Shown: positions 37,696-47,623, counted from the stretch's first letter. The stretch is DNA of 64,000 nucleotides from an uncultured Alphaproteobacteria bacterium (GCA_949156565.1 CASCZI010000004.1:65110-129109), one strand, 5' to 3'. Notes: generated from the sequence alone by a model not told the origin. Numbers and translations: made by a program.

Positions 37696-38616
37696 CTATT
37701 CCCGCCCCAGGACATTTAATTGGTACAAGGCTTTGCTGACCGCGTCGTCCGCATTGGCCATGCGGCGCACACGATTGCGGATGGCTGGGCTGGCCTCCTT
37801 ATACAATGACCGATGCATGCCATTGATTTTAAACGTGAACCATTTCTCTAAATCCGCATCCGATGTAAAAGTATTTCCGTTTAATATATCTGATTTTCGC
37901 GGGGGCTTATATAACTCTTTGTCCCTTACATTCTGCCAGCTGTTCATTCCTAATATTAAAATTTCATCAACAGCATCTTGATTTAATTCAGGTAATATAT
38001 AATTTATATCCCTTTCCATCATGATGACTGTATCTTTGGACGGATAAAAACGACCACTTACTTCCTGCATTATTTTTTCCAATTCCTGGTACGCATGACT
38101 TGTTTTATTACGTTCGGGAATAAAATCAGATACCGTCATACGACGTTGCAACTCATTTGCGGCTTGACTAAACATATGGCGCAGACTTTTATCGAACAAT
38201 GCCTCTGCGGTGCGTGCCGATAATTCATCCGAATTCGTATGTAAATCGTTAATTTGTGCTTTATTAAAAGCGTGCCTTAATTCATGATGTACGGTTTGTA
38301 GCCCTGTCGAAAAAATCAAAGCTATTGACACTTCGTTCCCATATTTATATTCATATATAGTAGGCTTTTCCTGCCATTGATGGATTACGATATGATCATA
38401 CTGTGGATAATAACCGCCAGAGCTGCCGGAATTGGAATCATAACGAAAATGTACAGGTATACTATCGGAATGGTGCAGAGCAAGGTTAATCGTCTTGAAT
38501 TGATTGACCTGATCCTTGTTTTTGATTATTGATACACCTATAATCGCCGCCAACAACAACGCATCTGTTATGGCAAATGCAATAGAAAGGCCCTTAAATA
38601 ACTTTTCCCATTTCAT
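37696..38616 (-). CDS. membrane-anchored putative zinc metallopeptidase (HExxH)
   Basis: An N-terminal TM helix is followed by the VHHELRHAF (HExxH) motif. The region is low in GC. Confidence 0.45.
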   Translation of the reverse strand: MKWEKLFKGLSIAFAITDALLLAAIIGVSIIKNKDQVNQFKTINLALHHSDSIPVHFRYDSNSGSSGGYYPQYDHIVIHQWQEKPTIYEYKYGNEVSIALIFSTGLQTVHHELRHAFNKAQINDLHTNSDELSARTAEALFDKSLRHMFSQAANELQRRMTVSDFIPERNKTSHAYQELEKIMQEVSGRFYPSKDTVIMMERDINYILPELNQDAVDEILILGMNSWQNVRDKELYKPPRKSDILNGNTFTSDADLEKWFTFKINGMHRSLYKEASPAIRNRVRRMANADDAVSKALYQLNVLGRE

Positions 38617-38650
38617 AATGGATTATTATATCACAAAAAAAAGAAAAAAA

Positions 38651-39130
38651 TTATTTTATGTCCAGATACAGAAAATGTTCGTCCCAATCGGAAAACCGGC
38701 GTGCCCCCATTCGCTGATAAAGTGTACATGCCCGTAGGTTCTTGCCCCAAACCGACCACCGAATTTCGGGGATTCCATTCGATCGTGCATAATCGCGTAA
38801 TGCACGGAAAATCATCAGGCCTGCGCCGCGATATTCTGGCCGGACATAGGCACCGCCAACCCAATAGTAACGATATGGGGGAATGTCAAAGGCATATCCG
38901 CGGCAAAACATCACCCATCCAATGACCGTCCCGTCTATGACCGCGACCATCATTTTGGCAAAGGCATCGGGACCAAATAAGATGTCGCGCAATTCCCGCC
39001 GGCGCGATTCACGGTCAATTTCGTATTGGGGTGCCCCCAGATCCTAGAAATAATGTTCAAATTCGGCGACCAAATCCCCCAGGGAATTTAAATCAGATTC
39101 AACCGCAAAACGTATAGAAATATCAGACAT
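38651..39130 (-). pseudogene. GNAT-family N-acetyltransferase interrupted by an in-frame TAG at codon 29
   Basis: The N-terminal 28 codons MSDISIRFAVESDLNSLGDLVAEFEHYF are followed by TAG (plus 39045-39047). The same frame then continues through GNAT motifs (RGAGLMIF). Confidence 0.6.
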
Positions 39131-39150
39131 AGAATCCATCCAGATATAAA

Positions 39151-39180
39151 AAATGGCGGAGCGTACAGGACTGGACTCCC
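39151..39180 (-). other. degenerate tRNA-Ser 3'-end remnant (att-like)
   Basis: The minus strand reads gagtccagtcctgtacgctccgcca, compared with the intact tRNA-Ser 3' end gagtcctatacgctccgcca. Confidence 0.4.
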
Positions 39181-39439
39181 CTTCCGCGCGCTACGCTTGC
39201 GGTGGGGATACCCCTCTCCACTCGCAACGATTTGGCGGCACTCTGTTTGCCAAATCTGCTCCGTATCGAACCTATGGACCGAAAAATTCCGGTAACAGAT
39301 TAGCAATTCTAGTCTCCGTTTGTTTTCATCAATATTTTACAACACCCGACAACAAAAAGCAACAGTTTTCTGCGGGTTTGATAAAATATGCTTTTGTCGC
39401 GGCTTTTGGCCCATTGCGCTCCATTTCGCACACCACTGT

Positions 39440-39530
39440 ACCAAAACTGTACCACGCCCACCCCCGGGCGGGGGGGCACCCCATCCATGGGTTTCACAGA
39501 ACCCAATTCGAACTTTTTTTGAAATTTTGA
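39440..39530. repeat. copy of a dispersed intergenic repeat (ccatgg...gaactt block with a GC hairpin)
   Basis: ccacccccgggcggggggg plus ccatgggtttcacagaacccaattcgaacttttt resembles the blocks at 55.98 kb and 58.67 kb. Confidence 0.35.
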
Positions 39531-39588
39531 ATTGCGTTTTTTTGCTTCTCAATTGTATATATAAACCGTTTCAGTAAAGTTATGCATT

Positions 39589-40158
39589 TCATTTTGTTTT
39601 TGAGCCAATAAGTGAAGATGTATCTTTTATAATTCTTGATAGCGCGTCGTTATCTATTTTTGCATTAATTTTTTCTCCAGTTCCTGCAATATAAATCGTT
39701 TTAAGTTTTTTAATATTTTTATAATTTTCTATGTCGCTAACAATTTCTGCCAAGAAATTTTCGTATGAAATCAAAATAATTGATCGGGTTTCTCCTTGAT
39801 TTAAAGTTATTGGATTTTTATATAAATCCGTATCATACGGTAGTATCAGCAGTCTAGTTTTGTCTTTACGTTTAAAGTCAAAATAAAAACTAGTACTTTG
39901 TAAAATTAACGGACGGCTACCTTTGTTTTTGATACATAGTGTAACGAGCTCATTTCCCATCAATCGTTCAGATTTAACAAGATATGATTTATCGCCCCCT
40001 ATTAATTTCATAATGGAAACACTTGCTACAGCTTTTAGTCTATTTTGCCTTGTCGAAACAAATAAAGAAACTATTACAGCGCTGCAAGTGCCTATTGCAA
40101 CTAGAAGCTGGATAATGAGTTCTATAAAATCTTTATACGATATAATGAAGTTATACAT
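39589..40158 (-). CDS. hypothetical protein (low-GC island)
   Basis: A 189-aa AT-rich ORF with an N-terminal TM helix. Confidence 0.4.
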   Translation of the reverse strand: MYNFIISYKDFIELIIQLLVAIGTCSAVIVSLFVSTRQNRLKAVASVSIMKLIGGDKSYLVKSERLMGNELVTLCIKNKGSRPLILQSTSFYFDFKRKDKTRLLILPYDTDLYKNPITLNQGETRSIILISYENFLAEIVSDIENYKNIKKLKTIYIAGTGEKINAKIDNDALSRIIKDTSSLIGSKTK

Positions 40159-40319
40159 AATGCCCTTCTATATAATTAAACTGTATTATAGTTTGTTGCA
40201 TATGGGTTTCAATGATAAAATTGCTTGCAATAGTTATTCAGATAATGTATAATCATTTCCGTATTTGGCGTAGCGAGCCATAGGCGAACGATAGCAAGTT
40301 TGCTAAAAATTCCCCTTAA

Positions 40320-40409
40320 AATCGTTATTCGGAGCGTTGCCAGAGTGGTAATGGAGCGGATTGCTAATCCGTCATGGGGTTAAACTCATGCATAGGTTCG
40401 AGTCCTATA
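40320..40409 (+). tRNA. tRNA-Ser (anticodon GCT), type II with a long variable arm
   Basis: Acceptor GGAGCGT/ACGCTCC, anticodon loop TTGCTAA, T-loop TTCGAGT and an encoded CCA. Confidence 0.9.
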
Positions 40410-40417
40410 CGCTCCGC

Positions 40418-40441
40418 CAGATTTTAAAAAGCCCTTGTTTG
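40418..40441. terminator. bidirectional terminator after tRNA-Ser
   Basis: The sequence aaaagcccttgtttgggcttttttat. Confidence 0.6.
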
Positions 40442-40448
40442 GGCTTTT

Positions 40449-40979
40449 TTATATTGAATAAAGCAGTTCTGGAATAACGCCAGTCATCAGTATTGTCCCC
40501 CAACATTTAAGCCAACCAATAACAAAATATTGTGTGCCACTTTGAGCTAAACCAGATCTAGTAAAATATAGTTTAATGGCTTCGGGTTGAAGTCGACCAC
40601 GAAAAAATATACATTTATTCGGATTGGCATCAAATTGTGTTGTCCCACTCCAACGCGTTAATTTTGTACCAGAGATTTCTTTTGCACCAAGATATATAAA
40701 TAATCCAAAAAGTAATGTGGCAATTTTGTATGTATGTTGGCCAAAGAAAACAAAGCCCAGAGCAATAAATGTTATAATTGCCAAATTAGATGTGATGCGA
40801 TCCAAATATTGGATTTTTGATCGTGCGGCATTATCTCTGGCAAGATAGAATCTTTTAAATAAAAGAAGCATAACAAACAGGACTGAGGACAAAAGACCAA
40901 TTATAAATAAAGCTGTTTTCATTAGAAAATCCTTTTTTGAATATATACTTATTTTTATTTGCTTTTCAAGAAACGTCAT
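40449..40979 (-). CDS. hypothetical multi-pass membrane protein (low-GC island)
   Basis: Four or five hydrophobic helices in an AT-rich ORF. Confidence 0.45.
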   Translation of the reverse strand: MTFLEKQIKISIYSKKDFLMKTALFIIGLLSSVLFVMLLLFKRFYLARDNAARSKIQYLDRITSNLAIITFIALGFVFFGQHTYKIATLLFGLFIYLGAKEISGTKLTRWSGTTQFDANPNKCIFFRGRLQPEAIKLYFTRSGLAQSGTQYFVIGWLKCWGTILMTGVIPELLYSI

Positions 40980-41200
40980 TGTAAAATAATTTTGAATCCA
41001 ATGGGAATTGGGTTCGGGGCTGTGGTAGCCCGTATATCCGGTACGTAGGTGTCGTAATCCAAAGATTCACACTTATTGTATCGTCAAAATATCCCCCGAC
41101 TTCGTGCCGGGGAGCTGTCAGTTATAAAATACGGCTTATCCGGAAGGCTGGCGGAATCAATGATATACTGATTACCAACTCCCCGACCGTCAAATTCTCG

Positions 41201-41527
41201 TTGACGGTCTTACTTTTTGCAAAGGTGAATTTAAAAAAAATGGACATATTGGCGATTGTAATAGTTATAGTTGCATATTTTTTAGAGTCGGCTTTTTGGA
41301 TGGGGATTTTATGCTTTGTTCTAATTCTTGCTCTTGGATATGTTTTAGAAAACCGAAAGTGCGGCGACGAGTACGATGAGTGTAATTTGTCAAAAAAATG
41401 GCAACGGAACATACTGTGTGTCATATTAATAATCGGCGTGTGTATCTCGAGTTTTATTGCCTCTCATAACGCAAAAAAGAATCGTATTGCGGAAATTAAA
41501 GAAGTCTGTTCCATGGTTAAATATTAA
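41201..41527 (+). CDS. hypothetical small membrane protein
   Basis: Two TM helices in an AT-rich ORF. Confidence 0.35.
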   Translation: MTVLLFAKVNLKKMDILAIVIVIVAYFLESAFWMGILCFVLILALGYVLENRKCGDEYDECNLSKKWQRNILCVILIIGVCISSFIASHNAKKNRIAEIKEVCSMVKY

Positions 41528-41583
41528 AATAATGAAAGAAAAACTAAAAACACATGGTTCAGAAGAAACTATAGAATGATGAG

Positions 41584-42132
41584 GTGACGGACATGAAATG
41601 GATACAGAATATTTTTACAAAATATAACTATATGCCACCTGAATGGGAATTCGCATCGGGTGTTAAGACAACCGCAATAAACACGTATATTTTAACCATT
41701 TTATTGATTATAACCGCTGGCTGGGGAATAGGATTTGGTATTTTTTGTTGCATGTTGCTTATTGATTATATCGGTATATTAATTAATCGATACAGGTACG
41801 CAAAAATTGAAAATGAGTTTAAAAATTACATTATGTCAGGGTTAACACCTTGTTTGGTGTACGCAAAAAGTGACCCACTAGGTATAATGTATACACTTGT
41901 TGTTGATGATAAATTATCGACTGTTTTTGCTGACTTGGATGCAGAGCCAGCCTTTTGGCCCATTGTTATATTCCTGTCAGAACAGGTAAAAACAGATTTA
42001 AAGAAAAAGCATTGGGATACGCCAACAAAAGTTAATAAATTCTATAAAGATAAAATTGTTCGGCTGCCGTCTTGTAAGCCAACAGATAAAAATCTTGCTG
42101 TAATAAAGGCTGTTTTAAAATATCCGTCTTGA
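41584..42132 (+). CDS. hypothetical membrane protein
   Basis: Two N-terminal TM helices. The ORF overlaps the integrase fragment on the opposite strand. Confidence 0.35.
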   Translation: MTDMKWIQNIFTKYNYMPPEWEFASGVKTTAINTYILTILLIITAGWGIGFGIFCCMLLIDYIGILINRYRYAKIENEFKNYIMSGLTPCLVYAKSDPLGIMYTLVVDDKLSTVFADLDAEPAFWPIVIFLSEQVKTDLKKKHWDTPTKVNKFYKDKIVRLPSCKPTDKNLAVIKAVLKYPS

Positions 42133-42448
42133 TCGCGGTTAATGAATATTGACCGATTAAATCCCGCCATATCCCCAGTTGGACACGAATGTCCCGGCTC
42201 TTGTTTTGTTTCTTGGGCAATTCTTCGTTCAGATACCGGTCGATTAATTCGCCGACGGTACGGCGTTTGGATTCCATTTGCGGCAAATACTTACCGTCAC
42301 GCAGGGCGATTTCCGTACGCATGGCCCATTCGGCGGCCTTGGTCTTGGATTTAAACGTTGCAGACTGGGGCGGGAATCCGGTAATACGCACCAGGGCGCG
42401 GTATGATACCGTGCCATCCTTACCCATTCTTTTCTGGTACGTAGCCAT
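42032..42448 (-). pseudogene. tyrosine integrase, N-terminal arm-binding fragment only (truncated)
   Basis: MATYQKRMGKDGTVSYRALVRITGFPPQSATFKSKTKAAEWAMRTEIALRDG matches the N-terminus of P4-like integrases. The ORF stops after about 139 aa, so the catalytic domain is absent. Confidence 0.6.
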
Positions 42449-42723
42449 TGCTAACACCCCGTCTGTTTTTGGATCATCAGATAAATAATCTGTGTCCAAG
42501 GTCGATTTGTCGGTTGAATTTCTGCACTTTTGGGTGCGTTCAATTCGGTGTTGGTACAGTTTTTGTGCATCAACATAATATAATACCAATATCGACCATA
42601 GAATTTGGGGTGTTTAGTGGTATTTTTTTGTAAATTATGATGATTTTTGTACCATGGGTGTACCACGGCGTGCGCACACAATTGATAAAATATTGATTTT
42701 ATGAGGTTTTTAAAAAGAAAAAA

Positions 42724-42766
42724 GCAGATTAGCAATCTGCTGCATTACCACTCTGCCAACGCTCCG
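42724..42766 (-). other. 5' half of a diverged tRNA-Ser(GCU)-like gene (acceptor 5' strand, D-arm, anticodon arm)
   Basis: The minus strand reads CGGAGCGTTGGCAGAGTGGTAATGCAGCAGATTGCTAATCTGC then T6CT5. It has compensatory stem changes relative to the intact tRNA (cggat/atccg versus cagat/atctg). Confidence 0.5.
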
Positions 42767-42860
42767 TCGTGGGATTATTATATAGAATGCGATTGTTAAT
42801 TGCAAGTGGGATTTTATATTTCATTGACATCATCTGATTTTTATTTACTATATCCCGGCC

Positions 42861-43337
42861 ATGAACAGATTTTATAAGGTTATTTTTATTGGGGATATGC
42901 ATTCAGATTCACTGTTTGCATCAACGTTTGGCATCCATGGGCTAACCGATCTGAAACCTGGTCGGAAATTTATGGCCACCCATAAATATATATCCGTTGA
43001 CATTGAAAAATATGCCATACCATCGCCGGTACCATTAATTCATTTTTGTGATAACGCGGTGGATACTTTGTTGTGGCGCCAAATCTTTGGTCATGTTCGA
43101 TATGTATTTGAAATTCAACCCATTGGTCCCATCACATATGATATATGTAAAGACCACAATCGTTTACAACAATGTGGGGCGCCGGGGATCGAATTAAAGC
43201 AACTCGTCACCGAAAATGGCTTGATCAATCTGGCCAAAGCGGAAATAGCCGTCAACCCCGATAGGATCATTAATCAATATAAAAACCCGTTGATCCGACA
43301 ATGGTTGTGGCGGTTGTATCATGGGGCACGAAAATAA
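42861..43337 (+). CDS. hypothetical protein
   Basis: A 158-aa ORF with no motif recognised. Confidence 0.35.
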   Translation: MNRFYKVIFIGDMHSDSLFASTFGIHGLTDLKPGRKFMATHKYISVDIEKYAIPSPVPLIHFCDNAVDTLLWRQIFGHVRYVFEIQPIGPITYDICKDHNRLQQCGAPGIELKQLVTENGLINLAKAEIAVNPDRIINQYKNPLIRQWLWRLYHGARK

Positions 43338-43497
43338 CCCAAACCAATATAAATTAATAATTGTAATGCAATAACAGATACTGGATATTGCCCCCGGCCG
43401 AATTTGATCGTGCCATCGGCGCGGCAATATGCCGTTACCCCAATATAAACTTTTTGCGTTATATTTGTATGTTTCGGGAATGCATACGCATTAAAAA

Positions 43498-43522
43498 AAC
43501 CGCCCAAATGGGCGGCTTTTAT
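43498..43522. terminator. bidirectional terminator (accDA 3' end)
   Basis: The sequence aaaaaaccgcccaaatgggcggctttt. Confidence 0.6.
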
Positions 43523-45261
43523 TGTTCGGTTTTGTGTTCCGGACCATATATTTCAACGTCACGGGTCATGGCGATAAATTTATCACCACGGTGCGCCGGC
43601 AATTCATTACGGGGCGTTTTTTCAACGTCCGCGATGGCGTCGGCCACGGCCGATGCCAACAATTCCATGGTTGTTTGCCAATCGGTATGTGCACCACCGG
43701 CGGGTTCACTAATGATTTGATCAACCACATTCAAATCGGCCATATCCCGTGCGGTCAATTTCATGGCCGCGGCGGCATCTGCCTTGTACTTGTTATCACG
43801 CCAACGAATACTGGCACATGATTCTGGGGCAATGACCGAATAAATCGCGTTTTCAAGCATCAAAACCCGGTCCCCGGTTCCAATGGCGATGGCACCGCCG
43901 GATCCACCCTGGCCCACATTGACAGCGATATAGGGAGTCTTGATATCCAACCCCGTCGCAATGGATGCCGCAACGGCCTGGGACTGGCCACGTTCTTCGC
44001 CTTCGCGGCCGGCAAATGCCCCCGCCGTGTCAAACAATGAAATCAACGGTAATCCAAACTTCTCCGCCAGGCGCATCATGCGTTGGGCCTTGCGATAGCC
44101 ATCCGGATTGGCCATGCCAAAACGATGTTTTTGACGTGTTTCGATGGTTCGTCCCTGTTCTTGGCCAATGATGACAGCCGGGATACCACGCCAATATCCG
44201 ATTCCACTGCCCATGGCGGGATCTTCGGCATATAATCTGTCGCCGGCCAGGTATGTCCATTCGTCGACAATCCCATTGATGTAATCCAAGAAATGCGGCC
44301 GGTTTTCATGACGTGCCAACAATACCTTGTCATAGGCATCATTTTCGCCCATACCACGAATTTTCTTTGATGCGTCAAATTCCGGTGTCACCGCAGAAAT
44401 AGGCTTTGCGGCGCGCGGCTGTTTGGTTAATACATGCAAGATTTTTTCCAACGCCCCTTTTAATTCATTGCGTTCCACAACCATATCAACCATACCATGT
44501 TCATAAAGGTATTCCGCCGTCTGGAAATTCGATGGTAATTTTTCACGGATATTCTGTTCAATCACGCGACGACCGGCAAATCCAATACGGGCACCACGTT
44601 CTGCGATATGAATATCACCCAACATGGCAAATGATGCCGTTACCCCACCAAACGTCGGATCGGTCAGAATCACGATATACGGGATGCCATTGGCATGCAA
44701 TTTATTAACCGCAACCGTTGTACGTGCCATCTGCATCAGTGCCAGGATATTTTCCTGCATCCGCGCGCCACCACTGGACGTCACCATGATAAAGGGTCGT
44801 TTTTCTTCGATGGCGTGTTCCATACTGGCCACGATGGCATCGCCCACCGCACGCCCCATCGAACCCATCATAAATTCCCCGTTCAACACACAAACCGTTG
44901 ATGGTACGCCACCAATTGTTCCATCGGCGGTGGTAATGGCATCGTTGGTGCCGGTGTCATTTCGGGCATCGATCAATATTTCTTTGTATGATGCGCGATC
45001 CACAAAGTTTAATGGATCATCGGTAACCGTGGGCAATGTGATGCGTTCCCAGGCGCGGTCATCAAATAATAAATCAAATCGCTGTTTCGGGGTCATGATA
45101 AATGCCCGATTGCAATTGGGACAGATGTACAAATTATCTTTGTAATCACGGTAATAAACCAATTTCCCGCACGATTCACATTTTAACCACATTAACCGCC
45201 GCACGCGGTCATAACGTTCACGATTTTTATTTTTAATACCAGATTTTTTACCAAACAACAT
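43519..45261 (-). CDS. accD-accA: acetyl-CoA carboxylase carboxyltransferase, fused beta (AccD) and alpha (AccA) subunits
   Basis: The N-terminus has the AccD zinc-ribbon CESCGKLVYYRDYKDNLYICPNCN and the beta-subunit CT domain. The C-terminal half is AccA-like (LARHENRPHFLDY...FGMANPDGYRKAQRMMRLAEKFGLPLISLFDTAGA...VGQGGSGGAIA). The whole is a single 580-aa ORF. Confidence 0.85.
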   Translation of the reverse strand: MLFGKKSGIKNKNRERYDRVRRLMWLKCESCGKLVYYRDYKDNLYICPNCNRAFIMTPKQRFDLLFDDRAWERITLPTVTDDPLNFVDRASYKEILIDARNDTGTNDAITTADGTIGGVPSTVCVLNGEFMMGSMGRAVGDAIVASMEHAIEEKRPFIMVTSSGGARMQENILALMQMARTTVAVNKLHANGIPYIVILTDPTFGGVTASFAMLGDIHIAERGARIGFAGRRVIEQNIREKLPSNFQTAEYLYEHGMVDMVVERNELKGALEKILHVLTKQPRAAKPISAVTPEFDASKKIRGMGENDAYDKVLLARHENRPHFLDYINGIVDEWTYLAGDRLYAEDPAMGSGIGYWRGIPAVIIGQEQGRTIETRQKHRFGMANPDGYRKAQRMMRLAEKFGLPLISLFDTAGAFAGREGEERGQSQAVAASIATGLDIKTPYIAVNVGQGGSGGAIAIGTGDRVLMLENAIYSVIAPESCASIRWRDNKYKADAAAAMKLTARDMADLNVVDQIISEPAGGAHTDWQTTMELLASAVADAIADVEKTPRNELPAHRGDKFIAMTRDVEIYGPEHKTEQ

Positions 45262-45264
45262 TTT

Positions 45265-45543
45265 TTACCCATTCATTTTCTTGGTTAATTCACGACTGGG
45301 CTTGAACAAAATTGTTCGCCCCGCCGCCAGTTGCATCGGTTGCCCGGTGCACGGATTATATCCGATTTTCGGGGCGCGATCACGCGGTTGAAACGTTCCA
45401 AACCCGCGAATTTCAATACGATTACCATTTGCCACCGATTGAATCAGATAATCGGCAACGGTATCCACCATGGCGGCCGCATCATTCATACGCATGTGTT
45501 TAAATTGTACCTGAATCGATCGAACAACATCTGAACGTTTCAT
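45265..45543 (-). CDS. ihfB: integration host factor beta subunit (HU/IHF family)
   Basis: IEIRGFGTFQPRDRAPKIGYNPCTGQP matches the IHF-beta arm motif. Its stop lies 4 nt before the accDA start. Confidence 0.75.
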   Translation of the reverse strand: MKRSDVVRSIQVQFKHMRMNDAAAMVDTVADYLIQSVANGNRIEIRGFGTFQPRDRAPKIGYNPCTGQPMQLAAGRTILFKPSRELTKKMNG

Positions 45544-45687
45544 ACCTTTCCCCTTGTTTGTTTGAAGTATATTTTATATGCATTGCATATTTTTTCAAGA
45601 ACAAAGTTTTATGATCTCTATCCTGTATCAAATATGGTGGGGGCAATGATAAAATAACGGGGTGTAAAACGTCAACGGAGGAATAAA

Positions 45688-46455
45688 ATGGATGATATTT
45701 TTAATATCTGTGGTGTGGAGGCGACGACAATGCCACTGATTGGGGACACGGCACCGGAATTTACCGGCGAAACAACAAATGGAACCATCAATTTCCCGGC
45801 GGATTTTCGTGGTCAATGGGTTGTTCTGTTTTCACACCCGTCGGATTTCACGCCGGTGTGCACATCAGAATTTATGGCATTCCAGGCATTGAAATCCGAA
45901 TTGGACGAATTGAACACCGTCCTGGTTGGATTATCGGTGGGCACCATCCCATCGCATTTGGCGTGGATTCAATCAATCCAGGATCAGGTTGAATTTCGCG
46001 GGCGGAAAAACATGGAAATTACATTTCCGGTGATTGCCGATCCCACGATGAAGATCGCCAAAAAATACGGCATGGTTCATCCCAACGCCATGGCCAATGC
46101 CGCGGTGCGTGCGGTCTTTATCATTGATCCAGAATCCAAGATCCGTGCGATTATATATTATCCGCCATCACTGGGACGAAATATGGCCGAAATCAAACGT
46201 GCATTGATCGGTCTGCAGATGACGGACGCATTTGGATATTCGGCACCGGCCGATTGGATGCCGGGTGATGATGTTTTGGTGGCGTCACCCAATACAACGA
46301 CCGGCATGCGTCAACGCATTTCCAATACAGATCCAGGATGGAATGTTTTGGCATGGTTTATGACATTTACATCATTACCGGCCGATACAATTATGAACAA
46401 AATTCGCCGTAAAAAATCGGCGCCGCATGTGGACAAGAAAACCAAAAAGAAATAA
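45688..46455 (+). CDS. 1-Cys peroxiredoxin (Prx6-like)
   Basis: HPSDFTPVCTSE peroxidatic Cys motif. There is no resolving Cys in the GxxxC position. An SD (ggagg) lies upstream. Confidence 0.85.
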   Translation: MDDIFNICGVEATTMPLIGDTAPEFTGETTNGTINFPADFRGQWVVLFSHPSDFTPVCTSEFMAFQALKSELDELNTVLVGLSVGTIPSHLAWIQSIQDQVEFRGRKNMEITFPVIADPTMKIAKKYGMVHPNAMANAAVRAVFIIDPESKIRAIIYYPPSLGRNMAEIKRALIGLQMTDAFGYSAPADWMPGDDVLVASPNTTTGMRQRISNTDPGWNVLAWFMTFTSLPADTIMNKIRRKKSAPHVDKKTKKK

Positions 46456-46591
46456 TCGTTCCCGCCGTTTGGCGGGATTATTTTAATCCAATCGATATAT
46501 GGTGTCACCCACGCGAATGTAATTTGCGCGGGGCTATATCATCATTCAGAATTCAGATATCAGAAATTCATTTGACTTATTATAGGGTTTT

Positions 46592-47623
46592 ATGCATGCT
46601 AGCCCCATGACACAATTACCGGAAACAAACCTGCTCTTAAAATGGTTCGACAAATACGGCCGCCGCCTGCCCTGGCGTCATATCGGTGGGGCACATCCAA
46701 ATCCATATCATGTCTTGGTGTCTGAATTTATGTTACAACAAACAACCGTGGCAACGGTTGGACCCTATTTTGCCCGATTTATGGATGCATTTCCAACAAT
46801 AAATGCCCTGGGCGATGCGACGGATGAACGTGTTTATTCCCTGTGGGCGGGATTGGGGTATTATTCCCGTGCCCGGTCGTTGCATAAAACCGCAAAAATT
46901 ATTGTGGGTGAATATGGCGGCATGTTGCCTGATGACCGCGATAAATTACTAAAACTACCCGGTATTGGCCCCTATACCGCGGCCAGTATTTTATCATTGG
47001 CGTTCAATCGCTATGCACCTGTGGTCGACGGGAATGTGGTGCGTGTCATATGTCGTCTGAACGGGTGGGATATGCCGACATCGACCATTATGGATCGCAT
47101 CCGCGATGCCGCCCGCGATATGACCGATCCCACGCGCCCGGCCGATTATGCGTCCGCCATTATGGATTTCGGTGCCATGGTGTGCACACCAAAAAATCCG
47201 GCATGTGACACGTGCCCATTGCGCGATTATTGTGTGGCACATCAAAATGGCACGGTTGACCGCATTCCCGTTATTTTGAAATTAAAAAAGAAAGAAAAAA
47301 TCGGCCGGGCGTACGTTATCAAAAACCGCGGCGGCCAAATCTTTATCCGCCGGCGGACGGGGCGCGGATTGTTGGCCGGATTGTATGAAGTTCCATGGAC
47401 CGACGATGGTGCGCCGGTCATTGACGCGCCGGGAACAGACACGGGAATTATCGTTACGCACACATTTACACACATTCAATTGACATTGGAATTGCACATC
47501 ATCGAATGCGATGCACCGGGTATTGATGGCATGTTTGTGTCGCCCGACGACCTGGGGGCGTATCCCACATCAACATTAATGAAAAAGGCATTTGCCGCCC
47601 TTTGCCGCGCCGGAATGATATAA
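46592..47623 (+). CDS. mutY: A/G-specific adenine DNA glycosylase
   Basis: HhH-GPD core, a 4Fe-4S cluster loop CxxxxxxCxxCPLxxxC and a C-terminal NUDIX-like domain. Confidence 0.85.
   Translation: MHASPMTQLPETNLLLKWFDKYGRRLPWRHIGGAHPNPYHVLVSEFMLQQTTVATVGPYFARFMDAFPTINALGDATDERVYSLWAGLGYYSRARSLHKTAKIIVGEYGGMLPDDRDKLLKLPGIGPYTAASILSLAFNRYAPVVDGNVVRVICRLNGWDMPTSTIMDRIRDAARDMTDPTRPADYASAIMDFGAMVCTPKNPACDTCPLRDYCVAHQNGTVDRIPVILKLKKKEKIGRAYVIKNRGGQIFIRRRTGRGLLAGLYEVPWTDDGAPVIDAPGTDTGIIVTHTFTHIQLTLELHIIECDAPGIDGMFVSPDDLGAYPTSTLMKKAFAALCRAGMI

Noticed and set aside
39150-39310. GC-rich structured segment considered as a possible SRP/4.5S or other ncRNA
   Set aside because: There is no match to the 4.5S conserved domain IV motif. 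The 5' part aligns to the tRNA-Ser 3' end instead (att remnant). The remainder has no recognisable RNA-family signature by eye.
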